A stretch of 32,000 nt of DNA from an uncultured Chloroflexia bacterium (GCA_963718915.1 CAVRAI010000015.1:300001-332000), one strand, 5' to 3'; shown: positions 1 to 8,796, counted from the first letter of the stretch. Translations and numbers: made by a program. The notes: generated by a model from the letters alone, not told the origin.

Positions 1-843
1 CGCCAGTTGCGCGCCCGGCTCTATCGCGAGCTGGAGACGAACGTCAGCCTGCGCGTCGAGGATGGCAGCACCGCCGACGAGTTCATTGTCTCCGGGCGTG
101 GTGAGCTGCACCTTTCGATTCTGATCGAGACGATGCGCCGCGAGGGCTACGAGCTTCAGGTCTCGCGCCCGGAGGTCATCACCCACAACGAGGATGGCCG
201 GGTGCTGGAGCCGATGGAGCGGCTGGTGATCGATACACGCGAGAACTACATCGGCGCGATCAGCGAGACGCTGGCGATCCGCAAGGGGCGCATGGCGAAC
301 ATGGTCTACGATGGCCAGGGCAACGTCCGGCTGGAGTACGATATCCCCACGCGCGGCCTGATTGGCTTCCGCAATGCGTTTCTGACGCTGACCCAGGGCA
401 ACGGCGCGATGTCGAGCATGCTGACGGACTATTCGCTGTGGCTCGGCCCCATTGGCATCGCCCGCAACGGCGCGCTGATCGCCTCGGAGGCGGGCGTCGC
501 CGTCACCTACGGCCTGAACAACGCCCAGCAGCGTGGCCAGACGTTCATCGAGCCGGGCACGCCCGTCTATGAGGGCATGATCGTCGGGCTGAACGCGCGC
601 CCGGATGATCTGGCGGTCAATGTCTGCAAGGAGAAGAAGGCGACGAACATCCGCTCGTCCACCTCGGATATCGCGGTGCGCCTCTCGCCAATCGTCAACC
701 TCAGCCTGGAACAGTCACTCGACTTCATCAACAATGATGAGCTGGTTGAGGTGACGCCGCGGAACGTCCGCCTGCGCAAGCGCCTGCTGACGCAGCACGA
801 ACGTGCCCGCGCGCGTGACGCGGAGCAGTCGGGCGCGCGATAA
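1..843 (+). CDS. typA: Translational GTPase TypA/BipA, C-terminal ~280 aa (5' end lies left of the window)
   Basis: The frame is open from base 1. The translation (FIVSGRGELHLSILIETMRREGYELQVSRPEVI, RGLIGFRNAFLTLTQGNG, GTPVYEGMIVG, VEVTPRNVRLRKRLL) reads like the C-terminal half of BipA. Stop TAA at 841-843, followed by a hairpin. Confidence 0.9.
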   Translation, partial: RQLRARLYRELETNVSLRVEDGSTADEFIVSGRGELHLSILIETMRREGYELQVSRPEVITHNEDGRVLEPMERLVIDTRENYIGAISETLAIRKGRMANMVYDGQGNVRLEYDIPTRGLIGFRNAFLTLTQGNGAMSSMLTDYSLWLGPIGIARNGALIASEAGVAVTYGLNNAQQRGQTFIEPGTPVYEGMIVGLNARPDDLAVNVCKEKKATNIRSSTSDIAVRLSPIVNLSLEQSLDFINNDELVEVTPRNVRLRKRLLTQHERARARDAEQSGAR

Positions 844-870
844 TTCGCGGATGGGCCACACAATACATCA

Positions 871-892
871 AGGGCAGCCATCTGGCTGCCCT
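871..892 (+). terminator. Stem-loop after typA (AGGGCAGCC atct GGCTGCCCT)
   Basis: Perfect 9-bp GC-rich stem with a 4-nt loop, 28 nt after the typA stop. No clear U-tract follows. Confidence 0.5.
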
Positions 893-918
893 GTCTTGCT
901 CCTACGACAATCTCGTAA

Positions 919-1454
919 TCAGTAACAATGAGGCCCAACATAATAGCCGAGCGCCCAGCCAGTCACGGTCACATGATTGTTAGGCGCATATATCATAGGT
1001 GTCCAAGCGACATCCCCCACATGAGGGTTATTAATAATTACACTAAAAGTCGGCTTCTGAAAGTTCGAATCACCGCTGCAATAGTTATCAAGTTTGGCGT
1101 TTACGCTGCCTGGATTGATCCAAGCATTTGATGTTATCCTAACCCAGTTGGACTTACATGTGTTGGACCATCGAAGTTCAACATATTCTATGGTGGTACC
1201 ATCGCCAGTATTCTGCACGACGAACGAGGCAATTGTTTGTCCGTCGGTTGCACAGCTTCTGCCATTCACCGTACGATTGGGATCTTCGCCATTACAATTA
1301 TCCGCATTCGGCATACTTACGCAAGTCACCACGATGTTAGGGACAGCTTGTTTGGGGGAGTGCCATGAGCGCTGGCTACTGCCACAGGTGAGAGTATGAT
1401 GGCAAGTCCGACAAGAAGCACGAGCGAAACGAGGCGTGAAGGTAGCTTGAACAT
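919..1454 (-). pseudogene. Secreted Cys-containing protein (DUF2690-like by recollection), split by a 1-nt frameshift
   Basis: The minus-strand ATG at 1454 opens a signal peptide, MFKLPSRLVSLVLLVGLAIILSPVAVASAHGTPP, which stops at 1328-1326. The 137-aa ORF 919-1332 is in another frame. One extra base in the G5 run at 1354-1358 fuses the two. The region is AT-rich relative to its flanks. Confidence 0.6.
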
Positions 1455-1608
1455 GGCTAGACTGTGTCTCACTTTCCTGGCTATTAGGCTTTCTAACAGC
1501 CCATTCCTACGCTACGAAGCTGAGCCGTTCGTAGCTCCGCGCAACTATAGCAGGAAACATATAGATTGTCAACAGCAATTTAGCAGCTACTCACGTCAAG
1601 CGCGGGCA

Positions 1609-1640
1609 AGCAAGAAGGCAGCCAGACGGCTGCCTTCTTG
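1609..1640 (-). terminator. Strong stem-loop downstream of the PBP gene (GCAAGAAGGCAGCC agac GGCTGCCTTCTTGC)
   Basis: Perfect 14-bp stem with a 4-nt loop, about 60 nt past the PBP stop at 1699. It shares the core GGCAGCC-N4-GGCTGCC with the hairpin at 871-892. Confidence 0.55.
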
Positions 1641-1698
1641 CCAAATAACCAAGCGCCTCGAAACCTCGCCCCAAGGAAAGGTCGTGGCAGGGGAGAGG

Positions 1699-4600
1699 TC
1701 ACGAGTTCAGCGGCTGCTGTCCTTGGATGTACCAGTCGATATCCGGTGCTGGATTACCTGCTCCACTACCATAGATTTTCACAAAGTGGCCGGGAACGGC
1801 GTCGCGATAGTTACACATCGGCACGTTGCTGGTACTACCGTTGCCGCCATTGCCATTTCCGGTACCATTGCCGCCCGAAGACCCTGCTTCGCCCTGATAC
1901 GGGGCCAGCCCGGCGTTGCAGCCAAAGGCACCCATCGCCATGTCCGGCGGGATCGGGAAAGTGCTCGTCCCCGTCCACTTGTAGTTTTTCATCGCCCAAT
2001 CCATGACGTCGTGGAAGATATAGCCAGCGCCCGCAATACCGAGGATATTCGAAGCCATATCGGCGTTATTGGCATTGCCGACCCAGACTCCGACCGCTAA
2101 GTAGGGCGAGTAGCCTATCGTGACGATGTCACTTGGCCCGTTCTTACCAGAGCCTGTACCAGTCTTCGAGGCAACCTGGAAGCTCGAGTAATCGGGGAAC
2201 TCAAGGGGATTTGGCTCATTGAAAGCTGGCGTTCTTGCCTTATTGTCGGCGAGCACCGAGGTGAGCATATAGGCCGCCTGTGGGCTGATCACCTGCGCTG
2301 GCTTGGGAGTTGGAGCGGTCCAGGAGTCACCCGCCGAATCTTCAATGCGCAGAATACCCCGGTAGGGGACGTGCTTGCCACTATCCGCGAAGGCGGCGTA
2401 GGCGTTCGTCAGTTCAATTAATGGGACGGATTGCGTGCCAAGGGCCGTCGTTGGGCCGACTGCGCCTTGGGTTAAACCAGCCTTAAGAAGTGTGCCATCC
2501 TTATCCCGAATCTCGTCGCTAATTCCCAGGCGCCGTGCCATCGTAATGAAGTTGGTAGCAAGCGCTGGCGTATCGCCCACGAACGACATCGCCTCAGTCG
2601 CTGGAACATTGAGAGAGTTGGCGAGCGCCATCCGAATCGGCACATAGCCGTTGTAGCCGTCAGTACCATAGTTATGCGGTACATAGACTGACTGCCCCTT
2701 GCATCCCGGCACCAGCGAATAATCCTGGTCGGAGCCTCCGCTACCGGGCATGCAGATAGGCGAATCCTGCATCATGATGCTCGGCGTCCAACCCATCTGG
2801 AACGCGGTCGCATAGACAATGCCCTTCATAGAGGAACCGAGACTACGCGGTGACGTGGCCACATTGTAGTTACCAGCGACCAGGGGATTCTTGTCGTTAT
2901 ACTTCGCAGAGCCAACCATCGCCAGCACATCGCCAGTGTAAGGATCAATCACCACCGCGGACCCATCATGTGCGTTGGCACTCTGCGTCAGAGGAGGGTT
3001 GGTTGGACGGACGGCGTCGCCATAAGTTGACGTTGGCACCGTGTGATACTGGTTGATGTAATAGTCGATATTTTGCTCGACGTAATCGTTTAGTTTGAGG
3101 TCGAGCGTTGTGTAGATTTTCCAGCCAGCGGTCGCCAGGCTGGTGGGGTCAACGCCAAACTCCGTCTGCAACTGGTCAATCACAAAGTCTACGAAGCTGG
3201 GTGCCCGCTTAGTTGTATCGACGGCGCTGCCATTCGTAAGGCCTGCCCAGTGGTCGATCTCCTGGTTTACCAGGATGTCGTGAACCTGATTCAGCGCGTT
3301 GAGATACTGGTCATTGGTGATCGAGCCGTAGGTCTGCATGCTCTGCAGCACCACCCGCGCGCGCCGCCAGACGATCCATTCGTGACCCAACTGGCCCCAG
3401 TTGTTGACATAGTCAGCGCTTGGATCGCAGATGCCATCATGTGGATCGTTGACGCAAGGCTTCGCCCAGTCCTTGTCTTCGCAGGGCGCTTTGTCGCAGG
3501 AATACGCGATGGGCAGGTAATAGGTCGGGTTGTTGGGCAGTCCTGCCAGAATTGCCGCCTGCGCGATGGAGAGCTGCTGATTGGCCAGGATCAGCTTGCC
3601 GTTTTCCTCTTTTTGCTTCAGACCAAAGAAATTGCGCGCCGCCGCCTCGATGCCCTGATTCTGGTCGCCATAGTCAATGGTATTGAGATACATCTCCAGA
3701 ATCTGGCTCTTGCTGTAGTTGGCGTTGAGGCCGATGGCCAGGATCATCTCGTTCAGTTTGCGCTGCACCTGCTTCGAGGGGTCGTGCAGAATCAGCCGCT
3801 TGACGAGCTGCTGTGTGATGGTTGAGCCGCCCTGGTCAGCCGCGCCACCGTGGGTCACGTCGGCGAGGAGCGCGCGCGCCGTTCCCTGGAAGTCCACGCC
3901 GATGTTGGTCGGCGAGTAGAACGAGTGGTCTTCGGTATCAAGCGTCGCGTCCTGGATGGTCTGGCCGATCTGCGAGAGCGGCACGTAATAGTTGTAGCCG
4001 CTATCGCTGCGGACGGTATAGAGCGGCGTGCCATTGCGGTCATAAATAATCGTATTTTGTCCGCTAACGGCGTTGTTGATGATGCTCTGGATCGCTGGGC
4101 GATGCACGTCGTAATAGTTATAGGCGTAGACCGCGCCAGCGCCGCCGCCGCCAAGGATGGAGACCGCCGCGACGACCACCGCCGCGACGCCGATGGCATA
4201 GCCGACGGGGTTGGCGCGCACGCGCTCCAGCCGCCATTTGCGCGCCCGCATGCGGATGCGCGAGCGGCGGTAGCGTGGCAGGTCGCTCTGTATCTGCGCC
4301 AGCATCTCTGGCGATGGCGTTATCGGCGCGGATCTGCGGCTGCCTGCGGCGGCAATCTGGGCCGCCTCACGTTGCATCGCGCGGCCAGTGCCTCGCACCA
4401 TCGCGCTCAACTGGCGCGACATGTCGCCAACCATCTCGCCAAAGCCACGGCGCTGTCTGCGTGGCGCGCGCGATGTCTCCATCTCATAGCTGTCACCGGC
4501 GCGCGAACGACCACCAGCGCGCGAGGGCGGCCCCTCGCGATACTCGGCGCGACTGCGGCGCGAGGGCTGATCGGGATAGTCGGCGTCATCATAGCTACGT

Positions 4601-4827
4601 GAACCATTGCCACGCGGCCCACTGCCGCGCGTGTCACTTCCGCTGCCCCGCGAACCGTAGGGCTGGCGCATCTGGCCGTTGCCATCGCTGTTCTGCCGTC
4701 GCATGGAAGGATCGGATGGGCCGCGCCCTCCACCGCCATTGGGGCGTCGTCCGCGCGGCGGGCCAGCGCGTCCATCGAGGTCGCGCTCGTCATAGTCACC
4801 GCTGTTGTTTCGCGTATCCCTGCTCAT
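1699..4827 (-). CDS. Class A penicillin-binding protein (bifunctional glycosyltransferase/transpeptidase) with a long disordered N-terminal tail
   Basis: GT51 motifs EDHSFYSPTNIGVD and GGSTITQQLVKRL. Transpeptidase motifs SSMK (SxxK) and SKTGTG (KTG). One TM segment (VGYAIGVAAVVVAAVSILGG). RBS GAGGGGGG lies 5 nt upstream of the ATG at 4827. Confidence 0.9.
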   Translation of the reverse strand: MSRDTRNNSGDYDERDLDGRAGPPRGRRPNGGGGRGPSDPSMRRQNSDGNGQMRQPYGSRGSGSDTRGSGPRGNGSRSYDDADYPDQPSRRSRAEYREGPPSRAGGRSRAGDSYEMETSRAPRRQRRGFGEMVGDMSRQLSAMVRGTGRAMQREAAQIAAAGSRRSAPITPSPEMLAQIQSDLPRYRRSRIRMRARKWRLERVRANPVGYAIGVAAVVVAAVSILGGGGAGAVYAYNYYDVHRPAIQSIINNAVSGQNTIIYDRNGTPLYTVRSDSGYNYYVPLSQIGQTIQDATLDTEDHSFYSPTNIGVDFQGTARALLADVTHGGAADQGGSTITQQLVKRLILHDPSKQVQRKLNEMILAIGLNANYSKSQILEMYLNTIDYGDQNQGIEAAARNFFGLKQKEENGKLILANQQLSIAQAAILAGLPNNPTYYLPIAYSCDKAPCEDKDWAKPCVNDPHDGICDPSADYVNNWGQLGHEWIVWRRARVVLQSMQTYGSITNDQYLNALNQVHDILVNQEIDHWAGLTNGSAVDTTKRAPSFVDFVIDQLQTEFGVDPTSLATAGWKIYTTLDLKLNDYVEQNIDYYINQYHTVPTSTYGDAVRPTNPPLTQSANAHDGSAVVIDPYTGDVLAMVGSAKYNDKNPLVAGNYNVATSPRSLGSSMKGIVYATAFQMGWTPSIMMQDSPICMPGSGGSDQDYSLVPGCKGQSVYVPHNYGTDGYNGYVPIRMALANSLNVPATEAMSFVGDTPALATNFITMARRLGISDEIRDKDGTLLKAGLTQGAVGPTTALGTQSVPLIELTNAYAAFADSGKHVPYRGILRIEDSAGDSWTAPTPKPAQVISPQAAYMLTSVLADNKARTPAFNEPNPLEFPDYSSFQVASKTGTGSGKNGPSDIVTIGYSPYLAVGVWVGNANNADMASNILGIAGAGYIFHDVMDWAMKNYKWTGTSTFPIPPDMAMGAFGCNAGLAPYQGEAGSSGGNGTGNGNGGNGSTSNVPMCNYRDAVPGHFVKIYGSGAGNPAPDIDWYIQGQQPLNS

Positions 4828-5084
4828 GCGCCCCCCTCACCAAAACTATCCTCAGTTATCCAAAAATAGCTGCCAATTTCGCGAGTCACCGTACGCCAGG
4901 TAAGACCACCTCATGTATAGATTCTCCGGGTTAGTGTAGAATCTGGGACGCCAGCATGGCAATGCGCTGGGAAAAATGGGGGCCGGAATCTCACGCGCCT
5001 CAAAGGATTGACACGATTCTGCGCTTCCTTGCCCTGTGCTGGCCGGGTAGTGTACGCTGAGCGTGTGTATATTGTCCTGGAGAA

Positions 5085-5198
5085 ATACTGGTTTGATTGG
5101 ATTGTTGTCATTTGGCCGACGCGCGCGGAGTCTGTCAGCGAATAGGCTGGGCAATTCGCCGTAGCGTTTACGCTACGACTCGGCAGACGACAGCAACC
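5085..5198. repeat. Mosaic hairpin repeat, copy A
   Basis: ATACTG..GGATTGTTGTC..GGCCGAC on the left and GACAGCAACC on the right can pair. Internal hairpins are GCGAAT..ATTCGC and CGTAGCG-TTTA-CGCTACG. Related to copies at 5771-5845 and 22425-22550. Confidence 0.7.
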
Positions 5199-5230
5199 AA
5201 GGGGGATGTAGTATTGAGAGGGTGCGATCT

Positions 5231-5749
5231 ATGAGTGACGATACATCGGCGCAACAGCCAGGAGCGGACGCTACGAACGGCGACGCCAGCGAAGATACAC
5301 GAGGCACGCCCGCGTTTTATGAGTACTGGAACTCGATGGACTTTGTGACCTGGATGGGTGCGCGTATCGTCGAGAGCGCCGACGGCCACGCCAAAGTCTA
5401 CTTCGAGCCAGGCCAGCACCATCGCGGGGCGGGTATCGGCGGGCGCGCGGTGACGGGCGCGGTGCAGTCCTATATCTTCGATATCGTGACGGGCGCGGCG
5501 GTGGCGTCGCTGGCCCACGGCACGAAGCCGCAGGTGACGGTGACGCTGGAGATGGCCTTCGAGCATCCCGCCTACGATGCGCCGCTCACCTTTGAGGCGC
5601 ATGTGCTCAGCGGCGGCAAGCAGATCTTCTTCGTCGAGGCCGACTGCCGCGATGTCAATGGCCGCGTCTGCTCGCGCTGCCACGCCATCTATCGCCGTTT
5701 CGACCGCCGTATCGAGCCGCCAGAGCCAGAGACGGCTAGCGGACGTTAA
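5231..5749 (+). CDS. PaaI/hotdog-fold thioesterase family protein
   Basis: The central GIGGRAVTGAVQSYIFDIVTGAAV resembles the PaaI G-x-hGG....l.D...g.a motif. RBS GAGAGGG lies ~9 nt upstream of the ATG at 5231. The ORF track starts at the GTG at 5222. Confidence 0.6.
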   Translation: MSDDTSAQQPGADATNGDASEDTRGTPAFYEYWNSMDFVTWMGARIVESADGHAKVYFEPGQHHRGAGIGGRAVTGAVQSYIFDIVTGAAVASLAHGTKPQVTVTLEMAFEHPAYDAPLTFEAHVLSGGKQIFFVEADCRDVNGRVCSRCHAIYRRFDRRIEPPEPETASGR

Positions 5750-5770
5750 GAAATATCCTCGTACAGTGTG

Positions 5771-5845
5771 CTGGGGTGGGCGTGCCGGAGCCTGAAGGCC
5801 CCGGCGAATAGGGAAATTCGCCGTAGCATTTATGCTACGGTCTGC
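5771..5845. repeat. Mosaic hairpin repeat, copy B (inverted module order relative to copy C)
   Basis: Three hairpins: GCCGGAGCC-TGAA-GGCCCCGGC, GCGAAT-aggga-AATTCGC and CGTAGCA-TTTA-TGCTACG. GCTGGGGTGGGC is the reverse complement of the GCCCACCCCA(A/G)C found in copy C. Confidence 0.65.
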
Positions 5846-5909
5846 TCGCTCCGCCGCTCGCGCTGGGTGTTCGGGCGAAAACGTAAACGTTCATCGGCCG
5901 CCAGCGCCA

Positions 5910-7040
5910 TCACGCGCCGACATAGCGGGCGTAGATGGTGCGGGCGACGGCGGGGTCGGCGGTCCCCTTGATGATGGCGCGGGCATCGGGGAAGACCGTC
6001 ACCTCGTAGCCATCCACGCGCAGTCGCAGCAGAAAATCGTTACTGGCGACCTCGCCAGCGGGCCGCAGCCGTTCCGCCAGCGCGCCGAGATCGAGCGCCG
6101 ACGCCACCTTCTGGGCCGGGCGCACCTGCACCGCGTTCCGTCCGCAGAGGCTCACCCCGCTCTCATCCAGCGGCGCATCCAGATACTCATAGTTGCCGAG
6201 GCCGCAGGTTGGGCAGTCGGGCGAACGCGGCAGCTCTACCCGCTCGAACGTGTTTTCCCAGAGATCGATCCACGTCAGCCCGCGCGCCAACTGCTCGCTG
6301 CCCACCAGCAGCTTGAGCGCCTCGGTGGAGGCCATGCCCGTGATAACGCCGACGATGCCGTTGAGCACCCCCGCCGTGTCGCAGGTGGGCGTTGTGCCGG
6401 GGAGTGGGCGGTCCGGGAAGACGCACCGCAGGCAGGCGGTCTCGCCGGGCAGAATGGTCATCGTCACCCCATAGGCGGCGATCACCGCGCTATAGATCCA
6501 GGGAATATTGGCCTTCACGCAGGCGTCGTTGAGCAGGTAGCGCGTCTCGAAGTTGTCGGTGCCGTCGAGGACGACGTCAATGCCATCCAGCAGCGATTCA
6601 ATCGAATCGGCGGTGATGTCGCTCACATGGGCATCCACGGTTACCAGGCTATTGATCCGCCGCAGCGCGCGCTCGGCGGCAATCGCTTTCGGCAGCCCGT
6701 CCAGCGCATCCTGTTCTTCATAGAGCACCTGCCGCTGTAAATTGTTCCCCTCGACGAAATCGCGGTCAACCAGCCGCAGATAGCCCACGCCCGCCCGTGC
6801 CAGCGAGTTCGCCAGCACACTGCCCAGCGCGCCGCAGCCAGCGATCAGCACGCGCGCCCGGCTGAGGCGCTCCTGTCCGGCCGCGCCGATGCCGCTGAAG
6901 AGGGTCTGGCGTGAGTAGCGTTGCTCAGCGGAGAGGCCGTGAGCGGCAAATGGGGATATTTCCACCTCAGCTGGAACATTTGCCGCGGATGTATCGTCTA
7001 AAGAGTACGTATCCGTGGAATCGGTGTCTGAATGCAGCAT
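5910..7040 (-). CDS. ThiF/MoeB/HesA-family E1-like adenylyltransferase
   Basis: RYSRQTLFSGIGAAGQERLSRARVLIAGCGALGSVLANSLARAGVGYLRLVDRDFVEGNNLQRQ is a nucleotide-binding GxGxxG E1 fold. Cys pairs CLRC and CPTC are present. The C-terminal tail DARAIIKGTADPAVARTIYARYVG resembles Bacillus-type ThiF/MoeB. RBS GAGGAGG lies 7 nt upstream of the ATG. Confidence 0.85.
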   Translation of the reverse strand: MLHSDTDSTDTYSLDDTSAANVPAEVEISPFAAHGLSAEQRYSRQTLFSGIGAAGQERLSRARVLIAGCGALGSVLANSLARAGVGYLRLVDRDFVEGNNLQRQVLYEEQDALDGLPKAIAAERALRRINSLVTVDAHVSDITADSIESLLDGIDVVLDGTDNFETRYLLNDACVKANIPWIYSAVIAAYGVTMTILPGETACLRCVFPDRPLPGTTPTCDTAGVLNGIVGVITGMASTEALKLLVGSEQLARGLTWIDLWENTFERVELPRSPDCPTCGLGNYEYLDAPLDESGVSLCGRNAVQVRPAQKVASALDLGALAERLRPAGEVASNDFLLRLRVDGYEVTVFPDARAIIKGTADPAVARTIYARYVGA

Positions 7041-7457
7041 GCGGGGCGCCTCCTCGGGTGGTGGGTGAGTCCGATGTCATGGTTTCTGGCAGCTTCTGTG
7101 GCATCTTCTTTCCGGCAGCCAGGCTCACAATATGTTGGTTGTTGGTATGTGTTTCTCACCAGTCTCAGCCCATGTTCTCAGCGGCGCCACTGATAGTGGT
7201 AACCAGCCAGTAGCGCATATGCCTCGGCACGGGTGGACGGACGCGAAAAATTTGCCTGTGGCGCCGCGTCATTCCAATAGTACTATGCCACATAGGATAG
7301 GCTGGTACCTTTCGCGTGGCGACTTGGCGGAGATTCAGGGCTATGCTACTATTGTCCGCAACAAGTTCGCAGAATGCCTGATCTTCTCGGGCGCGGTGCT
7401 GGTGGGCTGCCGGGCGCAGCATGCAGGGTCGCTGATGGCGCTGGGAGGCGGTGGTGT

Positions 7458-7979
7458 ATGGCAGAGGCGGTGCCAGTAATGAACGCACAAACGGCGGACG
7501 CGCAAAAAACGTCTGGTGCGCCAAAAAAAGTGCTAATCATCGACGATAGCCCGATGATTGTTGAGTTGATTCGCAGCGTTGTCACGATGACTGGCGCATA
7601 CGACGTGGTGGTCGCATACGATGGCGTGGCGGGCCTGGAGAAGTTTTACCAAGAGCAGCCAGACTGCGTTATCGTCGATGTGAAGATGCCCCGGATGGAT
7701 GGATATCAGGTGGTGCGGTGCATCCGTGGCGATACCGCCTCGGCCCATACACCGCTCATCATTCTCAGCGCGCTCAACGAGGAAGTGGACCATCTAACTG
7801 GGCTGCTTTCCGGTGTCGATGAGTATCTTGCCAAGCCGTTCAAGCCGAGCGCGTTGTGCGCGACCCTCGAGCGCGTGATGAATATCACGCCGGAAGAGCG
7901 CGTGCATCGCATCGAGAATCTGGCCGAAGCGGATTTCGACTACGATCTGGTGGTAGATGATGAGGAACCATCCAAATAG
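7458..7979 (+). CDS. Single-domain (CheY-like) response regulator with acidic C-terminal tail
   Basis: Receiver residues: KKVLIIDDSP, VIVDVKMPRMDG (phospho-acceptor Asp), LIILSA and LAKPF. RBS GGGAGG lies 9 nt upstream of the ATG at 7458. No output domain. Confidence 0.85.
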   Translation: MAEAVPVMNAQTADAQKTSGAPKKVLIIDDSPMIVELIRSVVTMTGAYDVVVAYDGVAGLEKFYQEQPDCVIVDVKMPRMDGYQVVRCIRGDTASAHTPLIILSALNEEVDHLTGLLSGVDEYLAKPFKPSALCATLERVMNITPEERVHRIENLAEADFDYDLVVDDEEPSK

Positions 7980-8105
7980 GGGGTGTGACTCCCGGAGCGC
8001 ACGTATTGTACGTTCCCATTCTACATAAGTGGGTGGTGGGATGCAGATGCCCTGCATAGCGTCTGGGGGTGGAATGTGGTGGCGCGACCAACTCCGGAAT
8101 GTAGC

Positions 8106-8510
8106 ATGTCTGTTCTCGTCGTAGATGGTGATACCATGCACCGCGATGCGCTGCGAGCCATTCTTGGCGAGCAGTACAAGCTGACCTTCGTCGCTGGGCT
8201 GAGCGAGGCGCTCCGCATGGTGCTGGAGCGTCGGCCTGATCTGCTGGTAAGCGAGGTTGATCTTGCCGACGGCACCGGCCTTGAGCTGTGCCAGCGGATT
8301 CGCGATCTGCCGGGCGGCAGGCGGCTGCCCATCATGCTGGTGACGCAGCGTTCGAGCACGGCGGATAAAGTCGCGGGATTCCAGGCAGGCGCCGACGACT
8401 ATGTAGTCAAGCCGGTTGATAGCCGCCTCTTCTCCGTGCGGCTCCGGTTGCTCTTCCGCCTGAAGGGCATCGAACGCCCGCGCGATCTGCAGGTGACGCG
8501 CGAAGCCTGA
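8106..8510 (+). CDS. Single-domain (CheY-like) response regulator
   Basis: Receiver residues: MSVLVVDGD, LLVSEVDLADGTG, IMLVTQRSS and YVVKPV. The start at the ATG at 8106 is chosen from the domain boundary; the RBS is weak. Confidence 0.8.
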   Translation: MSVLVVDGDTMHRDALRAILGEQYKLTFVAGLSEALRMVLERRPDLLVSEVDLADGTGLELCQRIRDLPGGRRLPIMLVTQRSSTADKVAGFQAGADDYVVKPVDSRLFSVRLRLLFRLKGIERPRDLQVTREA

Positions 8511-8796
8511 ACGTCGTATCTCGTATCCCTCGTTCACGATATCACCGCCGCCCTGTTGCGCTTGTCCGCCGCGTGCCGCGACACAAGACACAAACAACAG
8601 GGCGCTCCACAACGCCTGAACGCCTGTGTTTGCTTTCACCTCGTCTCAGCGGATACACTGTGCCGTACGCATGCAGCAACATAGCGCTGGAAATCCAGCG
8701 ATGCTGCGTGTCTGGCGCGTGGATCTGTGATAGGGCTGGGGGTGTGCGATGCGCTCCTCCGCCGAGTACCCGTCCGGGAAGGAGGCGCGTGGCGTA

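Noticed and set aside
1396-2100. 234-aa plus-strand ORF spanning the islet edge and the PBP 3' end
   Set aside because: Its second half is antisense to the PBP gene and its first half covers the signal-peptide region of the minus-strand gene. It has no RBS and no motif.
5832-6740. 302-aa plus-strand ORF (and the similar 5168-5683 minus-strand ORF)
   Set aside because: These are antisense to the ThiF-like and thioesterase genes respectively, both of which have clear family motifs. Composition is typical of shadow frames.
7041-7300. Possible TPP or Moco riboswitch upstream (minus strand) of the ThiF/MoeB-like gene, prompted by two CTGAGA motifs
   Set aside because: Reading the minus strand, I found no THI-box (ACCTGATCTGGATAATGCCAGCG-like) and no GGGGTGC/ACCC pairing partners. 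The CTGAGA occurrences alone are not diagnostic.
7794-8639. 281-aa minus-strand ORF whose N-terminus looks like a lipoprotein signal (MKANTGVQALWSALLFVSC)
   Set aside because: Beyond the first ~40 codons it runs antisense through the whole second response-regulator gene and into the first. Its composition is Arg/Ala/Gln-rich, typical of antisense frames in high-GC DNA. The start is a GTG with a weak RBS.
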